Shown here piece by piece: positions 28,900 through 41,612 of a stretch of DNA of 64,000 bases. How positions within the stretch are numbered: the stretch's first letter is position 1; the number at the start of each line of letters is the position of its first letter. A model generated the notes under the pieces. It had not been told where the DNA came from, ran no database searches, and was given only the letters and a program-made list of their open reading frames with translations. The translations under genes were made by a program, and so were the position numbers. This DNA comes from Octopus bimaculoides (Eukaryota): the NCBI RefSeq assembly GCF_001194135.2, contig NC_068990.1:3744509-3808508 (forward strand). Direction: 5' to 3'.

Positions 28900-28986
28900 G
28901 TGCGCCACTGCTGCTACACACTCAGAGGTTCTTGATCACATCCAGAGAAAAGCTTCTCGACTAAATGTCATGAAGTCTTTTATTTC

Positions 28987-29028
<42 letters not shown>

Positions 29029-29360
29029 NNNNNNNNNNNNNNNNNNNNNNNNNNNNNNNNNNNNNNNNNNNNNNNNNNNNNNNNNNNNNNNNNNNNNNNN
29101 NNNNNNNNNNNNNNNNNNNNNNNNNNNNTTTGTGACAGTTTCACCCAGGCACTCGCGACTAACTCGCCTCTCTTCCTCCTATCACCCACGTTGTGTCCAG
29201 CCCCGCACTCAACAACCCAACCGTAAGCAACGCCTAGTCTTTATTTTCCAAAACATTGAACCAATGGAATCTACGTACAACGTATGTTGTTTTGTCTTTT
29301 CCTTCGGACATCAACTTCAACAGCTGAGGTGAAAAATTAACATCAATAATTTTCACAACG
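28900..29360 (+). mobile_element. Jockey/CR1-group LINE 3' relic interrupted by (TCTA)n and a gap
   Basis: Decayed AATHSEVLDHIQRKASRL and RLTRLSSSYHP motifs typical of the post-RT region. Confidence 0.65.
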
Positions 29361-29740
29361 ATACCAATAGATCGTATTAGGTGGCCATATTATCTAAGCT
29401 TTCTTGAATTCCCCGTTATGAAGAAAAAGGTTTTATAGGGGTAGCTATGTAATAACGATTGTTCTGCGAACGCGTTCATTCCTGACGTGATCCAATTACG
29501 GGAAGCCTAAGATGCTGCATTAGCATCTCATATTCAATGCCTGCAGCTTCCCCTTTTTTACTACACAAACAGTGATAATACATACATACATATATATATA
29601 TATATATTTTGTTTAAAAGAGTTCCAACACTGTCTGTTTTTTATGTTTTATTTATATTCCTGCAAAACCAATGTGGGATATAGAATATGGAATATACAAT
29701 ATATAATATAATATCCAATATATAATATAAAATAAAAATG

Positions 29741-30073
29741 GATGGTACTATGAAATAAAGTATTGAATGTCTTATTGAATATATGGAATATGTCTTATTG
29801 AATAGATGAAATATTGAGTGTTCAATATAAAGGATTAATTATATAAAGGCGAATACGTATTTTCTATATCTTGTGGTATTTCATCATGGCCGGTAAGATA
29901 GACTTTAACAGACTGTCATACCGGCCATGATGAAATACCACAAGGTATAGAAAATACGTATTCGCCTTCATATATTTAATCCTTTATATTGAACACTCAA
30001 TATTTCATCTATTCAATAAGACATATTCCATATATTCAATAAGACATTCAATACTTTATTCCATAGTACCATC
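29741..30073. repeat. 333-bp near-perfect palindrome (155-bp arms, 4 mismatches seen, 23-nt spacer)
   Basis: 29741-29895 is the reverse complement of 29919-30073; the right arm runs into an N-gap. Confidence 0.95.
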
Positions 30074-31303
30074 NNNNNNNNNNNNNNNNNNNNNNNNNNN
30101 NNNNNNNNNNNNNNNNNNNNNNNNNNNNNNNNNNNNNNNNNNNNNNNNNNNNNNNNNNNNNNNNNNNNNNNNNNNNNNNNNNNNNNNNNNNNNNNNNNNN
30201 NNNNNNNNNNNNNNNNNNNNNNNNNNNNNNNNNNNNNNNNNNNNNNNNNNNNNNNNNNNNNNNNNNNNNNNNNNNNNNNNNNNNNNNNNNNNNNNNNNNN
30301 NNNNNNNNNNNNNNNNNNNNNNNNNNNNNNNNNNNNNNNNNNNNNNNNNNNNNNNNNNNNNNNNNNNNNNNNNNNNNNNNNNNNNNNNNNNNNNNNNNNN
30401 NNNNNNNNNNNNNNNNNNNNNNNNNNNNNNNNNNNNNNNNNNNNNNNNNNNNNNNNNNNNNNNNNNNNNNNNNNNNNNNNNNNNNNNNNNNNNNNNNNNN
30501 NNNNNNNNNNNNNNNNNNNNNNNNNNNNNNNNNNNNNNNNNNNNNNNNNNNNNNNNNNNNNNNNNNNNNNNNNNNNNNNNNNNNNNNNNNNNNNNNNNNN
30601 NNNNNNNNNNNNNNNNNNNNNNNNNNNNNNNNNNNNNNNNNNNNNNNNNNNNNNNNNNNNNNNNNNNNNNNNNNNNNNNNNNNNNNNNNNNNNNNNNNNN
30701 NNNNNNNNNNNNNNNNNNNNNNNNNNNNNNNNNNNNNNNNNNTATATATATATATATATATATATGCATATATACATACATATTATGAATGTAAGTACGT
30801 ATGTATGTATACTTATAACCAGGTGAACAGGGCTTTACAGCACAATGGCACACAAATTTTAAAAGTAAGTTACTAAGTGAAAATCTCAAAAGAATAAAAG
30901 ACTTCTGGAGAATATATACACATGTCGATTATTTCAGCCCTTACATCGATCCTCTTTCTAGCTTTTGTTTTCATCCGTTATCAACCACACAAATACAGAT
31001 TTATATTCATATCTCCGATAATTCTGTTTGTCGTTGATAAGCAATGAGAAGGAAAACTTGATAGAAGAATCGATTTCAGGTTTAAACGATCAGCATTAAC
31101 ACTCACGCACACTCACAGATACACGCATACATATATACATATCTACAACTCTATCTATGTTTATCTATTAATACATATGTGTGTGTGTGTGTGTGTGTGC
31201 GTGCGTGCATGGGTGCTTGCTTGTATCAATGTATGTATATACATATGTGCTTATATGTAGATACATGCTTTTATAGTTGAATAGAGAGATAGATAGATTG
31301 ATT

Positions 31304-31357
<54 letters not shown>

Positions 31358-31384
31358 CAGATAGACAGATATATAGGTCGTCAA

Positions 31385-31426
<42 letters not shown>

Positions 31427-31465
31427 GTATGCATGCATTCATACAGCCACACATTAATACATACA

Positions 31466-31745
31466 CCCGCCCAGTGGATATAAGCATAAATCTAAAAATG
31501 CCCGTAAAAGAAAACACCTACACTGAACTATTGAGAAATCTACAATTACTCCTCCCAGATTATAAATTAAGGCTCATATATGTAGTTATTTGGGCACTGG
31601 GATATGTAACAATGCCTAAATACCAATCCTGACAAATTAGGCTTCTCAAAACCAAAATGGAGAAAGCTGATTCGAAAGCAACAGTTCAAAGCCATCACTA
31701 GAATTGTAAAAATTTGTAAGACTTTCCAGCAGTTTATCATTTAAG
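31466..31745 (+). mobile_element. R2-superfamily (RLE) LINE 3' relic
   Basis: KENTYTELLRNLQLLLPDYKLRLIYVVIWALG ... KICKTFQQF; same family as 37015-37335. Confidence 0.8.
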
Positions 31746-33114
31746 TATACATACGCACGTTCAGACATATAAGTATATGCATGAGAATATATACATAAAA
31801 CAAAACATAAAAATGTGCACATGCACTAACTCGAAATAGTGCACACATGCACGCATACACTCATACACGCAAAAATGTTGTTGAAATTCTAATGAAGGCG
31901 CTTTGGATCTAGGTTAGAAACCGACTCCTCTTCTAATGGCAACAAATCTTGAAATAAAACTGTATAATTACATACATACATACATACATACATACATGCA
32001 TACATACATACATACATACATACATACAAATATAAACACTTTTAAATGTATAGATGAGAGGAAGTATGCAATATAGCCCGTAATACAGAGAAACTTGATG
32101 AGTTGTGTATGTGTGTGTGTATGTTGCCTATCTCGCCTACTCAGCATTTCTCGTGTATAAATAAATCTATGCTATTTATTTCCTGTTACATATAGAGTTT
32201 TACACAATTATGTATAGCTTTGACTACAGTGAAGCTTATATAGACCCAGGTGTGTCGAAATTTCGGACAATCCTTTGAGTTAATTGTATATTCTCCTTTA
32301 AGTGTGTGTGTTCTTGCTTCATATGTACTTCATGACAATACAGAACATAATTAACTTTATTACATTGCATGTATCATGTTTCTGTTTCTTCCATTTATTC
32401 CCACAAAATAGAATTAAACGAGCTTCCCAGGAATGCAAACAAGCATGTATGTCATTGAACTTACAAAAAGTATGTATACATATATACATCTATCATGTTT
32501 TTTTGCCTGAAGTTGAATAAAGGAACTTGAATGATACAAAAAAACTACATCCCCATTTATGTTGATATTTTAAATCTGTAGACTACGTGCTAAAATTTGA
32601 GATTCATCCAAAAGCGTTCTTTCCTTCAGAAAGCAATTCCTAAAAGAGAGAGAAAAACAACGTAATGCGAGACATGAAATTACTAGCGTTAGTTATATAT
32701 CATCAACAGGTTATTACGAATCGCTGTTAGACAGTCTGGGTGAACTCTTTGAAGTGAGAAACTTCAAATTAGTTATTGAACTGTCCATAAGAGTTTTGGC
32801 ATCGCCCCAAAACATTGCAGCAGAATTTACTCAGCTCAATATTCATCATTACTTTAGCAATTTCACATAACAACATGAATGCATATCGCATTTGAAGAGG
32901 GTTTTTTTTCTTATATTTTACTTTGATCAAAATATAGAGTATATCAGTTCTAATATTATCTTATGTTAATATTCACGCAAAATATATGGATTAATTTCAA
33001 TGCGCATGCGAACTTAACTATCGGTATGCCCATGTTAGTATTATATATATGCATTGTATTTATGTACCCATTAATAAAAATGAATATAAATATATACATA
33101 TAGACTCACGCACG

Positions 33115-33150
<36 letters not shown>

Positions 33151-33886
33151 TATATATATATTAATACATATATATATATAAATTAATATATATATATATA
33201 AATGTATATAAATGTGTATATATATATATAAATGTATATGTATATATATACAAATAACTATATATATAGACATACATATATATATACACACACACATATA
33301 TCTGATTAAAAGCAGCTGATGGAAAACAACACAAAGGGGCCAATGTGCATGGGTTTGGATAATTATGTAAAGTTGGGAATGACATACACAGTAAATTATT
33401 AATTTACTGAATATATTTTTTTTGTCAGAAAAGCAAATATACAATCATAGCGTGAGTTGTGAGCATATCTGGTGAGAACATACAGATCATATCAAGAAAT
33501 CAAATATAACATCTTGATTAGATAAACATATTTCGGACAAGTTGAGTTAGATATTGTATGGGAGTGCAGAAAGACAATAAATACATACAGTACATCAACA
33601 GGTGTAGCACTCATGAAGAGAATTGCAACTGCTTCCGATCATACTAAAACGTCCATGTGACAGAGGCTACAGTAGTAGTGGCATTTTATTGTCGCAAATG
33701 TATGATAGCATCACGTCGGCAATAAGGTCTGCAGTGCGTGACTGCCAAAATCTTTGAGACATTAGCAAATGGAGAATCACAGCCAGCTATATCACAAGAT
33801 GTGATTTGTTGTCGCTAATATATAGGAAAACAAGAAATATATACATATACACACACTCACACACATATATGTGCATTTCGTGTAAT

Positions 33887-33947
<61 letters not shown>

Positions 33948-33949
<2 letters not shown>

Positions 33950-34115
33950 CGAAGGATGACTGTGTGGTAGGAACTTCGCGTTCTAACCACACGGATCCGG
34001 ATTCAGTTTCAGTGCGTGGTGCCTTAGACAAGTGTGTTCTACTACACACTCGGTTCGACTAAAACAAATATTGTGAGTGATTTGCTGGACAGAAGTAGAA
34101 AGATACCCGTCATAT
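33948..34115 (+). mobile_element. SINE family B
   Basis: CTGTGTGGTAGG...AACCACACGGATCCGG...GTGCGTGGTGCCTTAGACAAGTGT. Confidence 0.75.
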
Positions 34116-34224
34116 ATGTGTTTGTATGCATGCATGCATGCATGTATGTATGTATGTATGTATGTAGAACTTAGCGAACTTAGATATGTTTCGGCTAAGG
34201 ATTGACCCAGGTCATTCCTAACTT

Positions 34225-34620
34225 AATGGCGCAACCTGATAGGATCTGTTACTTCATTTTTAAGTCGAATTTGAGGATATCATGGCCCATTCAAGTAGGG
34301 AGTTGTTGTTGGCTGAGATGTATTGAGGTGTAGGTGTCTTATCTGGTATCCTCTGCCGCCACGAAAGCCATGCTGGCTGGAAGATTGTGGCTTTCTAGGA
34401 CGCTAGTTTCCTTAATCTCACCACCCCTGACATGGGTGGGGAGTGAGATTGAGCGATAGTTAACTGCAAGAGATTGTTTCCCTTTTTGGAGACAAGGATA
34501 ACACTTTGGGACAAGAACTGTTTCGGTATATAGCCTAGTCTACAGAATTTTTTCAGAGATTGGTTAGAAGGGTTGCAAGGTGGAGTCGGCAGTCAATCAG
34601 GTTACTAGGTAGGAATGTAT
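34225..34620 (-). mobile_element. LINE RT relic (CR1/Jockey group)
   Basis: Minus strand gives KKGN...NYRSISLP (NYRPISL motif) and QHGFRGG with frameshifts. Confidence 0.7.
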
Positions 34621-34664
34621 TAGGGCCTACTGCACAATAATACTTGATATAATTTATTGTTGCT

Positions 34665-34875
34665 AAGGCGGCGAGCTAGCAGAATCGTGAATACACTAGG
34701 GAAAATGCTTAGCTGCATTTCGTCTGTCTTTACGGCCTGAGTTCAAATTCTGCCGAGGTTGACTTTGCTTTTCAGGGTCGATAAAATATAATTACCAGTT
34801 ATACACTAGGGTCCATGTACTCAACTTACCCTTCTCCTGAACCTGCTGGCCTTGTGCTAAAATTTGAAATCATTA
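34665..34875 (+). mobile_element. SINE family A
   Basis: AAGGCGGCGAGCTAGCAGAATCG head to GGCCTTGTGCTAAAATTTGAAATC tail. Confidence 0.9.
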
Positions 34876-35398
34876 TTTATTGTTGTTATGATGTCGGTAA
34901 CAGTAACAGTTATGTTAGAGCTAATAAGTTGGGGATTGATTTTCTTCAGAACCCTTGAGTCACTGGGCCAACGGATGAAACAGCGGCCCTATGTTAGTTG
35001 GCATATGAATAGAACACATTTAGTGTCTGTTTGTGCGTATGTATATATTTGAATCTATTCCAACGTATGCATTGCTCGGGAATACCAGCACATAATTTTC
35101 ATAATATATGCATATAAGTCGTGGTCTGGTGCTATGATTGATATCCGATTCTGGTCCGGTACGTATGTGATATTGATAAGCCACAATAATTGCAAAACAC
35201 TCTTGGGTGGTATCTGCAGTGAGTTATCTCGCCTGTTCAAAGAGAAGAAAAAGAGTAAAAAGAAGAAAATAGAGAAATTGACATCAGTTTATTCAAAGAG
35301 TAATACAATTAATGCAATTCTATTTTCTATTTATTGGAATACCTTTGAATAAACAGATGTCTAAACGTCAATTTCTCCATTCTCTTTCTTTTAACTCA

Positions 35399-35433
<35 letters not shown>

Positions 35434-35436
<3 letters not shown>

Positions 35437-35650
35437 GGTGTTATTCAAATTCTTTTATTTCCGACACATGTTTCGAAGATGTCATTGTTATTATTCTAAA
35501 GGAATCAAATGATGTAAAACAAAGTACTCTTCATTTACCTGAAGAGACGATTACATTGTTTTACACCATTTTATTCCTTTGGAATAATACCAATGACATC
35601 TTCGAAACATATGTCGGAAGTAAAAGAATAGAATTTTGAATAACACATGC
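35434..35650. repeat. 217-bp fold-back element (arms about 100 bp, 6-nt loop)
   Basis: 35434-35533 is a diverged reverse complement of 35540-35650. Confidence 0.9.
35530..35624 (+). ncRNA. Type I hammerhead ribozyme motif (Penelope/retrozyme-type, palindromic stem III)
   Basis: CTGAAGA 35539-45. Stem II 35546-58/35591-603 (10 of 13 pairs). GAAA 35604-07. Stem III ACATATGT is a palindrome. GTC site at 35613-15. Stem I 35530-38/35616-24 (7 of 9 pairs including one G-U). Confidence 0.65.
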
Positions 35651-35805
35651 GTTTAACTCCATTCATTTATTTATATATATTATACAAAATATTTACTTTA
35701 AAAATAAGGTGTTACGCCCTTTTTACTCGTGTGATTTTTTGCTACCCTGGTAGTTGTTTATGTATTTTTCCATGTAAATTGTAAACAAAAGGAAACAAAT
35801 ACACA

Positions 35806-35854
<49 letters not shown>

Positions 35855-35864
35855 NNNNNNNNNN

Positions 35865-35920
<56 letters not shown>

Positions 35921-37014
35921 TAGCTTAAAAACCACCCGACAGGGCGGCTTTTAAGTTAGTATGTAGCTTTTTAAGCAACTAACATCGAATGGGAAGATCT
36001 GCAAACAGATCTCTGAATTGTTTTGGCGAATTTGTTGCAATTGCTTCCTCCAGAGTCATATCCGAATGATAATAATATTCGTCATTGTGAAATGTATCTC
36101 TTTCTTAAAGCTTCCTAGATACGATGCGACTTTGCATCTCTATTGTTGCGATTAAAATGATTGCCTTCTGGTATATATTTGGCGTACACAAAGCATGTCC
36201 ATTCAACGGAAATCTTTTTAAATGTAAATTGTGATTAGCTGAGAAACTCTTCGCTCTTACAATTAACCGTTCATTCGGGAACGTATTTAAGCAGGACTGT
36301 TCGTACAATCAAATGTGCTGATTCAGTTGGAATAATTGAGTGGAAGACTTACTATTCAAACTCATCACGTATAAAGATTTCATATCCACTCTGGCTTTAT
36401 TTCAATATACCTATCGATGAAAGGCATTAACCACATATGTTTATCTTTACCTTGTTCAGGGCTTACGTCTCAAATCTTATATTATTAATTATTATGCATT
36501 GCTGACTTCATTGATGCTTATTCTATACAATCCTTAAAGCTGAGTAATTGAAACCAGTCATCGGTTTCAGGTGGATATTTCAATATTAAAATGTGTGTAT
36601 GTGTGTATGTGTGTCTGTGTGTGTGAATGTATTATGCATGTATGTATAAATGCATGTATGTATGTATTATATAAGTACGTATATATGTGTGTGTATGCAT
36701 GCATGTATGTATGCATATATGTATGTATATATGCATGTATGTATGCACATATGTGTGTATAAGATTTATTTAAGTTCTTCTTAAGAGACTTCAAGCCGGT
36801 CGCAAACAATCCGACAAGGCCTTCTGAGTTAAGAGGGTTCCTGGTGTTTGTAAATAGGCGATTGAGCTGTTGATTCAGATATCCAAGTGTGTGCATCTAT
36901 TCATCTAAAAAATCTTTGGAATGTTTTACAAATCTCGACTGTATCACTAATAGACTGGATTTGGAGATTTCACGTCAGTTTCTTTCTCGTTGAAAAACCT
37001 AGTAATTCTAGGTC

Positions 37015-37335
37015 ACGTATAAATCTGATGATACATTGCCCAATGCACCTATGATAATAAGTAAAAATTAGAACATATTGTTAGAGTACAGGAGCTGTAA
37101 GTTCCGCATTAATTCACTATAAATGTTCACTTTTTCCTGAACTTCTCATTGTACATTCACATCCGATGGGCAGCTAGCCTCTACAACAATGCGTATTTGT
37201 TCCCTTTCACACAGAACAATACCAGGACTGTTATATCCGCACCGAATTGGTGATTTCATTGAAATGTTCCACCAGTATTCCTTGTTTTTCAAGATCAGGG
37301 CAATTCTTCCTGTGGGTGAAATTGTAAATAGTTTT
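37015..37335 (-). mobile_element. R2-superfamily (RLE) LINE relic
   Basis: EYWWNISMKSPIRCGYNSPGIVLCEREQIRIVVEASCPSDVNVQ*EVQEKVNIYSELMRNLQLLY...IIIGALG (degenerate PD..E nuclease). Confidence 0.85.
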
Positions 37336-37481
37336 TTGCAAATAAGTGATGCTGCAGGGTATGTATGTACGTATGTATGTAAATATGCATGTATATATCT
37401 ATGTATATATAAGTATACATGTGTATATATGTATATATAAATATGTGTATGTATGAATGTATGTATGTATGTATGTATTAT

Positions 37482-37710
37482 GGCGGCGAGCTGGCAGAAT
37501 CGTTAGCACGCCGGGCGAAATGCTTAGCGATATTTCGTCTGCCGTTCTGAGTTCAAATTCCGCCGAGGTCGACTTTGCGTTTCATCCTTTCGGGTCGATA
37601 ATTTAAGTACCAGTTACGCACTGGGGTCGATCAAATCGACTTAATTCCTTTGTCCGTCCTTGTTTGTCCCCTCTGTGTGTATCCCTTTGTGGGCAGTAAA
37701 GAAATAAGAA
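37482..37710 (+). mobile_element. Young full-length SINE family A (TTTGTCCCCTCT tail subtype) within (ATGT)n
   Basis: GGCGGCGAGCTGGCAGAATCGTTAGCACGCCGGGCGAAATGCTTAGCG head and intact tail. Confidence 0.95.
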
Positions 37711-37791
37711 ATGTATGTATGAATGAATGTATGTATGTATGTATGTATGTATGTATGCGTGAATGTATGTACGAAAGTATGCGTGCGTACG

Positions 37792-38198
37792 CATTTATAT
37801 TTCATGTCACAAGTACTCTTAAAAATCCGAGTATTATTTTGGTCAAGATTTAATTCTTTATAGGCGTGTTTTGGAGAGAGGGAATGTGGTTTTGTTCTTT
37901 TGAATTTGGTTCTGAAACTAATTAAAAGAAAGTTTAATGAATCTCGGAATGATGTATTGGTTTGGGCGATATTTGTAGCTGGAATTGTTAATATGTTTTT
38001 TTTTAATTAAGTTAGTGTTTATATATATATATATATATATGCGTGTGTGTGTGTGTGTGTTTATGTGTATGTTTCTATTCATCAAATTCAAAAAACGAAA
38101 CCACATTCCCTCTCCCCAAAACACGCCCATAAACAATTACATCTTGACCAAAATAAAATACGCATTTTTAAGAGTACCTAAGACATGAAATATAAATG
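37792..38198. mobile_element. Fold-back/MITE with about 115-bp terminal inverted repeats
   Basis: 37792-37907 is the reverse complement of about 38083-38198 (roughly 85% identical by eye). Confidence 0.8.
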
Positions 38199-38303
38199 TA
38201 TACACACTCATACTTTCGTATATACATTCACGCATACTTATATATATATATATACATATACACACAAACACACATACTTACATATATGTAAGAGAGGAAA
38301 GCT

Positions 38304-38520
38304 AAAGACGGCGAGCTGGTCGAATCGTTACTGCGCCGAACGAAATCGTAGCGCCAGTTTGTCCGTTTTTCTGTTCTGAATTCAAAATCCACCGAGGTCG
38401 ACTTTGTCTTTCATCCTTTCGGAAACGATAACACCAGTACCAGCTGAGCACTCGGGTCGATGTAATCGACTTACCCCTCTCCTCTGAAATTGCTGGCCGT
38501 GTACCAAACTTCGAAATCAG
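38304..38520 (+). mobile_element. SINE family A
   Basis: AAAGACGGCGAGCTGG head; GAGGTCGACTTTG core. Confidence 0.85.
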
Positions 38521-39026
38521 TATTAAGGTTGCCAAGAAGCAAATGAGAATTAGTGAGAGAAAGAGGAGGAGGAAGAGGACTAAAGATTTAGTATGTGGTG
38601 TAGTGGAAAATAGTATGAGTAGAGCAATATAGGATGAAGGAGAGGAAGAATGAGGTAGTGAAAGTTAGTAGAACGGGAAGTAGGTTACGAATAAGAATGT
38701 TGAAATAAAGAAGAAATTGCGAAAGGTCGTGTATACGCTTGTAATGGAGAATCGGAGATGTATGCATTTTTCTGTCAAATCAGCTGTAAAAAAGTAGAAG
38801 TCGAATGACCGGGAATAACATGGAATGAAATAGATTTTTTACGTTTAAGAAGGGCGGGAGATGTAATTGTGTGTATATAGTATGTGGAAGTATGTGAGAA
38901 ATTACAGCGTGTCGGAGTGGATCCACTACGCAGTCAAATGTGTAATTAGTGAACCGTTGAGAAGAGTGTGCCATAGCGTGTTTCTATCTATATAATTATA
39001 CATATGCGTGCATTTGTATATGTATG

Positions 39027-39061
<35 letters not shown>

Positions 39062-40364
39062 ATGTGTGCTTGTGTGTGTGTGTATGTCGTTGTGTGTGTA
39101 TGTATGTAACTGCGGGCAGGCGTATGTGCCTGTGTGCGTGCATGTGTGGGTGAATTAGAGCGGGTTAATTTTGTATGATGCTCGGAAATCCAACGTATCT
39201 GACATTTGTCCGCATTCACCGTAAAAGATAAAAAATGTTTTAGGCGATATCAAAGTTATTAGAAGCAAACGAGAAATAGTGAGAGCGAGTGATATATATA
39301 TATATATATATGTATATATGTTAATTCTCTAAATGAAGTATTAACAGTAACTGCACGATAAAGTGTAGTATATTGCCACTTAAGTGTGGCTGACCCCTAG
39401 GGGTGGATGTTACTGTTGCTTTTAGCCCCAGGAGGACATCNNNNNNNNNNNNNNNNNNNNNNNNNNNNNNNNNNNNNNNNNNNNNNNNNNNNNNNNNNNN
39501 NNNNNNNNNNNNNNNNNNNNNNNNNNNNNNNNNNNNNNNNNNNNNNNNNNNNNNNNNNNNNNNNNNNNNNNNNNNNNNNNNNNNNNNNNNNNNNNNNNNN
39601 NNNNNNNNNNNNNNNNNNNNNNNNNNNNNNNNNNNNNNNNNNNNNNNNNNNNNNNNNNNNNNNNNNNNNNNNNNNNNNNNNNNNNNNNNNNNNNNNNNNN
39701 NNNNNNNNNNNNNNNNNNNNNNNNNNNNNNNNNNNNNNNNNNNNNNNNNNNNNNNNNNNNNNNNNNNNNNNNNNNNNNNNNNNNNNNNNNNNNNNNNNNN
39801 NNNNNNNNNNNNNNNNNNNNNNNNNNNNNNNNNNNNNNNNNNNNNNNNNNNNNNNNNNNNNNNNNNNNNNNNNNNNNNNNNNNNNNNNNNNNNNNNNNNN
39901 NNNNNNNNNNNNNNNNNNNNNNNNNNNNNNNNNNNNNNNNNNNNNNNNNNNNNNNNNNNNNNNNNNNNNNNNNNNNNNNNNNNNNNNNNNNNNNNNNNNN
40001 NNNNNNNNNNNNNNNNNNNNNNNNNNNNNNNNNNNNNNNNNNNNNNNNNNNNNNNNNNNNNNNNNNNNNNNNNNNNNNNNNNNNNNNNNNNNNNNNNNNN
40101 NNNNNNNNNNNNNNNNNNNNNNNNNNNNNNNNNNNNNNNNNNNNNNNNNNNNNNNNNNNNNNNNNNNNNNNNNNNNNNNNNNNNNNNNNNNNNNNNNNNN
40201 NNNNNNNNNNNNNNNNNNNNNNNNNNNNNNNNNNNNNNNNNNNNNNNNNNNNNNNNNNNNNNNNNNNNNNNNNNTATATATATATATACATATGTGTATA
40301 TACATATATATACGCGCACCGCAACACATGACTACTGTTACACATAAGACACCATACACACGCG

Positions 40365-40403
<39 letters not shown>

Positions 40404-40544
40404 TCGTATTGATACTAAAATCACCGCATTTGCATGTGTTTGTGTTTATTGTGTATGTGTGTATTTATGTGTGATGTGTGCGTGTGTCTGTTTGTCGGTG
40501 TGTGTGTGCGCGCGGGCGGGCGTTCGGGCGTGTGTGTGTGTATG

Positions 40545-40587
<43 letters not shown>

Positions 40588-40699
40588 CTTTATATAAGGC
40601 TTTAAGTGTATATTCAGCTATATTTATCTCAGAAGTTATTTTACCAACTACTTATTTATTCGCTAATTGGTTTATTCATTCTTAACACAAATTGGTGAC

Positions 40700-41185
40700 T
40701 CGAATGTTGTGTTTCATCAGCGGAGAACACATCTGCCCGTTAAGCATCGTGGATTCATAACTTACGTGATCACCCGTGTAAGAGGACTTTGAGACATCAA
40801 GTCGCTGTAATGTTTTGTTCTCATTGTGTCTCCTCACACAAAGCTACTCCTATGCTTGTTGATGAATCTAATAAGAGAAGCAGATCTTCTCTATAAGAAT
40901 CAGTAAACAATTATTTCCTGGATATTCACTGTTTTAAGTGAATCTCATGAAGCATAATCTATTCGAAGACACATCAGCAAATTATGTTTGCTGAACCCTG
41001 TAAACAAGGGCTGCTCTTCTTAGATTCATCTTTCAGGTGGGAATAGCGTTGACGAGAAGACGCTTGACAGAGTTGAAACTTCTATGTCTCAAAGCCCCCT
41101 TACACCAGTAAATTACGTGTGTTATGAACACACATCTTATAAAGGGAGGAAGTGTTCTCCGGTGAAAAAGAAAACTGCGATCTAG
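40700..41185. repeat. Old diverged fold-back element (about 480 bp)
   Basis: Blocks ATGTCTCAAAG..CTTACAC, GTTATGAA, GTGTTCTCCG and GATGAATCTAA...GCAG occur in mirror orientation on both arms. Confidence 0.7.
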
Positions 41186-41577
41186 TGTTCCCATTTGAAT
41201 CTGACACAGAATATTAGCAAGAGAGGAATATATTGTTGGTTGGTTTCTCGCTGTTCTGCATGAACCCCGTGAATTAGTTACTGATTGTTTCGAATTTGAC
41301 GAATAGCTGGGTTACGACACAACAAGAACACGCCAGACGGGTGTTATAACAGTTGTTTGGTATGCAAATATCACTCAGAATCACTTGTTCAATCTAACAT
41401 TATAATAGAATGCAATTGTCTTACCTCTCATGCGGTGGGATCAACTTAAGAGAATAACTTTGTGAAGTGAACTTCCTAAACTCAATGGAATGTCTGTCTC
41501 TCTTTCTCTGTGTTTATCTATCTATCTAGCTATCTATCTATCTATCTATCTATCTAGCTAGCTAGCTAGCTAGCTAG

Positions 41578-41612
<35 letters not shown>

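Noticed and set aside
37214-37358. Plus-strand exon-like open frame RTIPGLLYPHRIGD...
   Set aside because: Antisense of an RLE LINE relic; the donor is supplied by a (TATG)n tract.
41037-41185. Apparent terminal exon GNSVDEKTLDRVETSMSQSPLTP...
   Set aside because: It is one arm of the 40700-41185 fold-back repeat.
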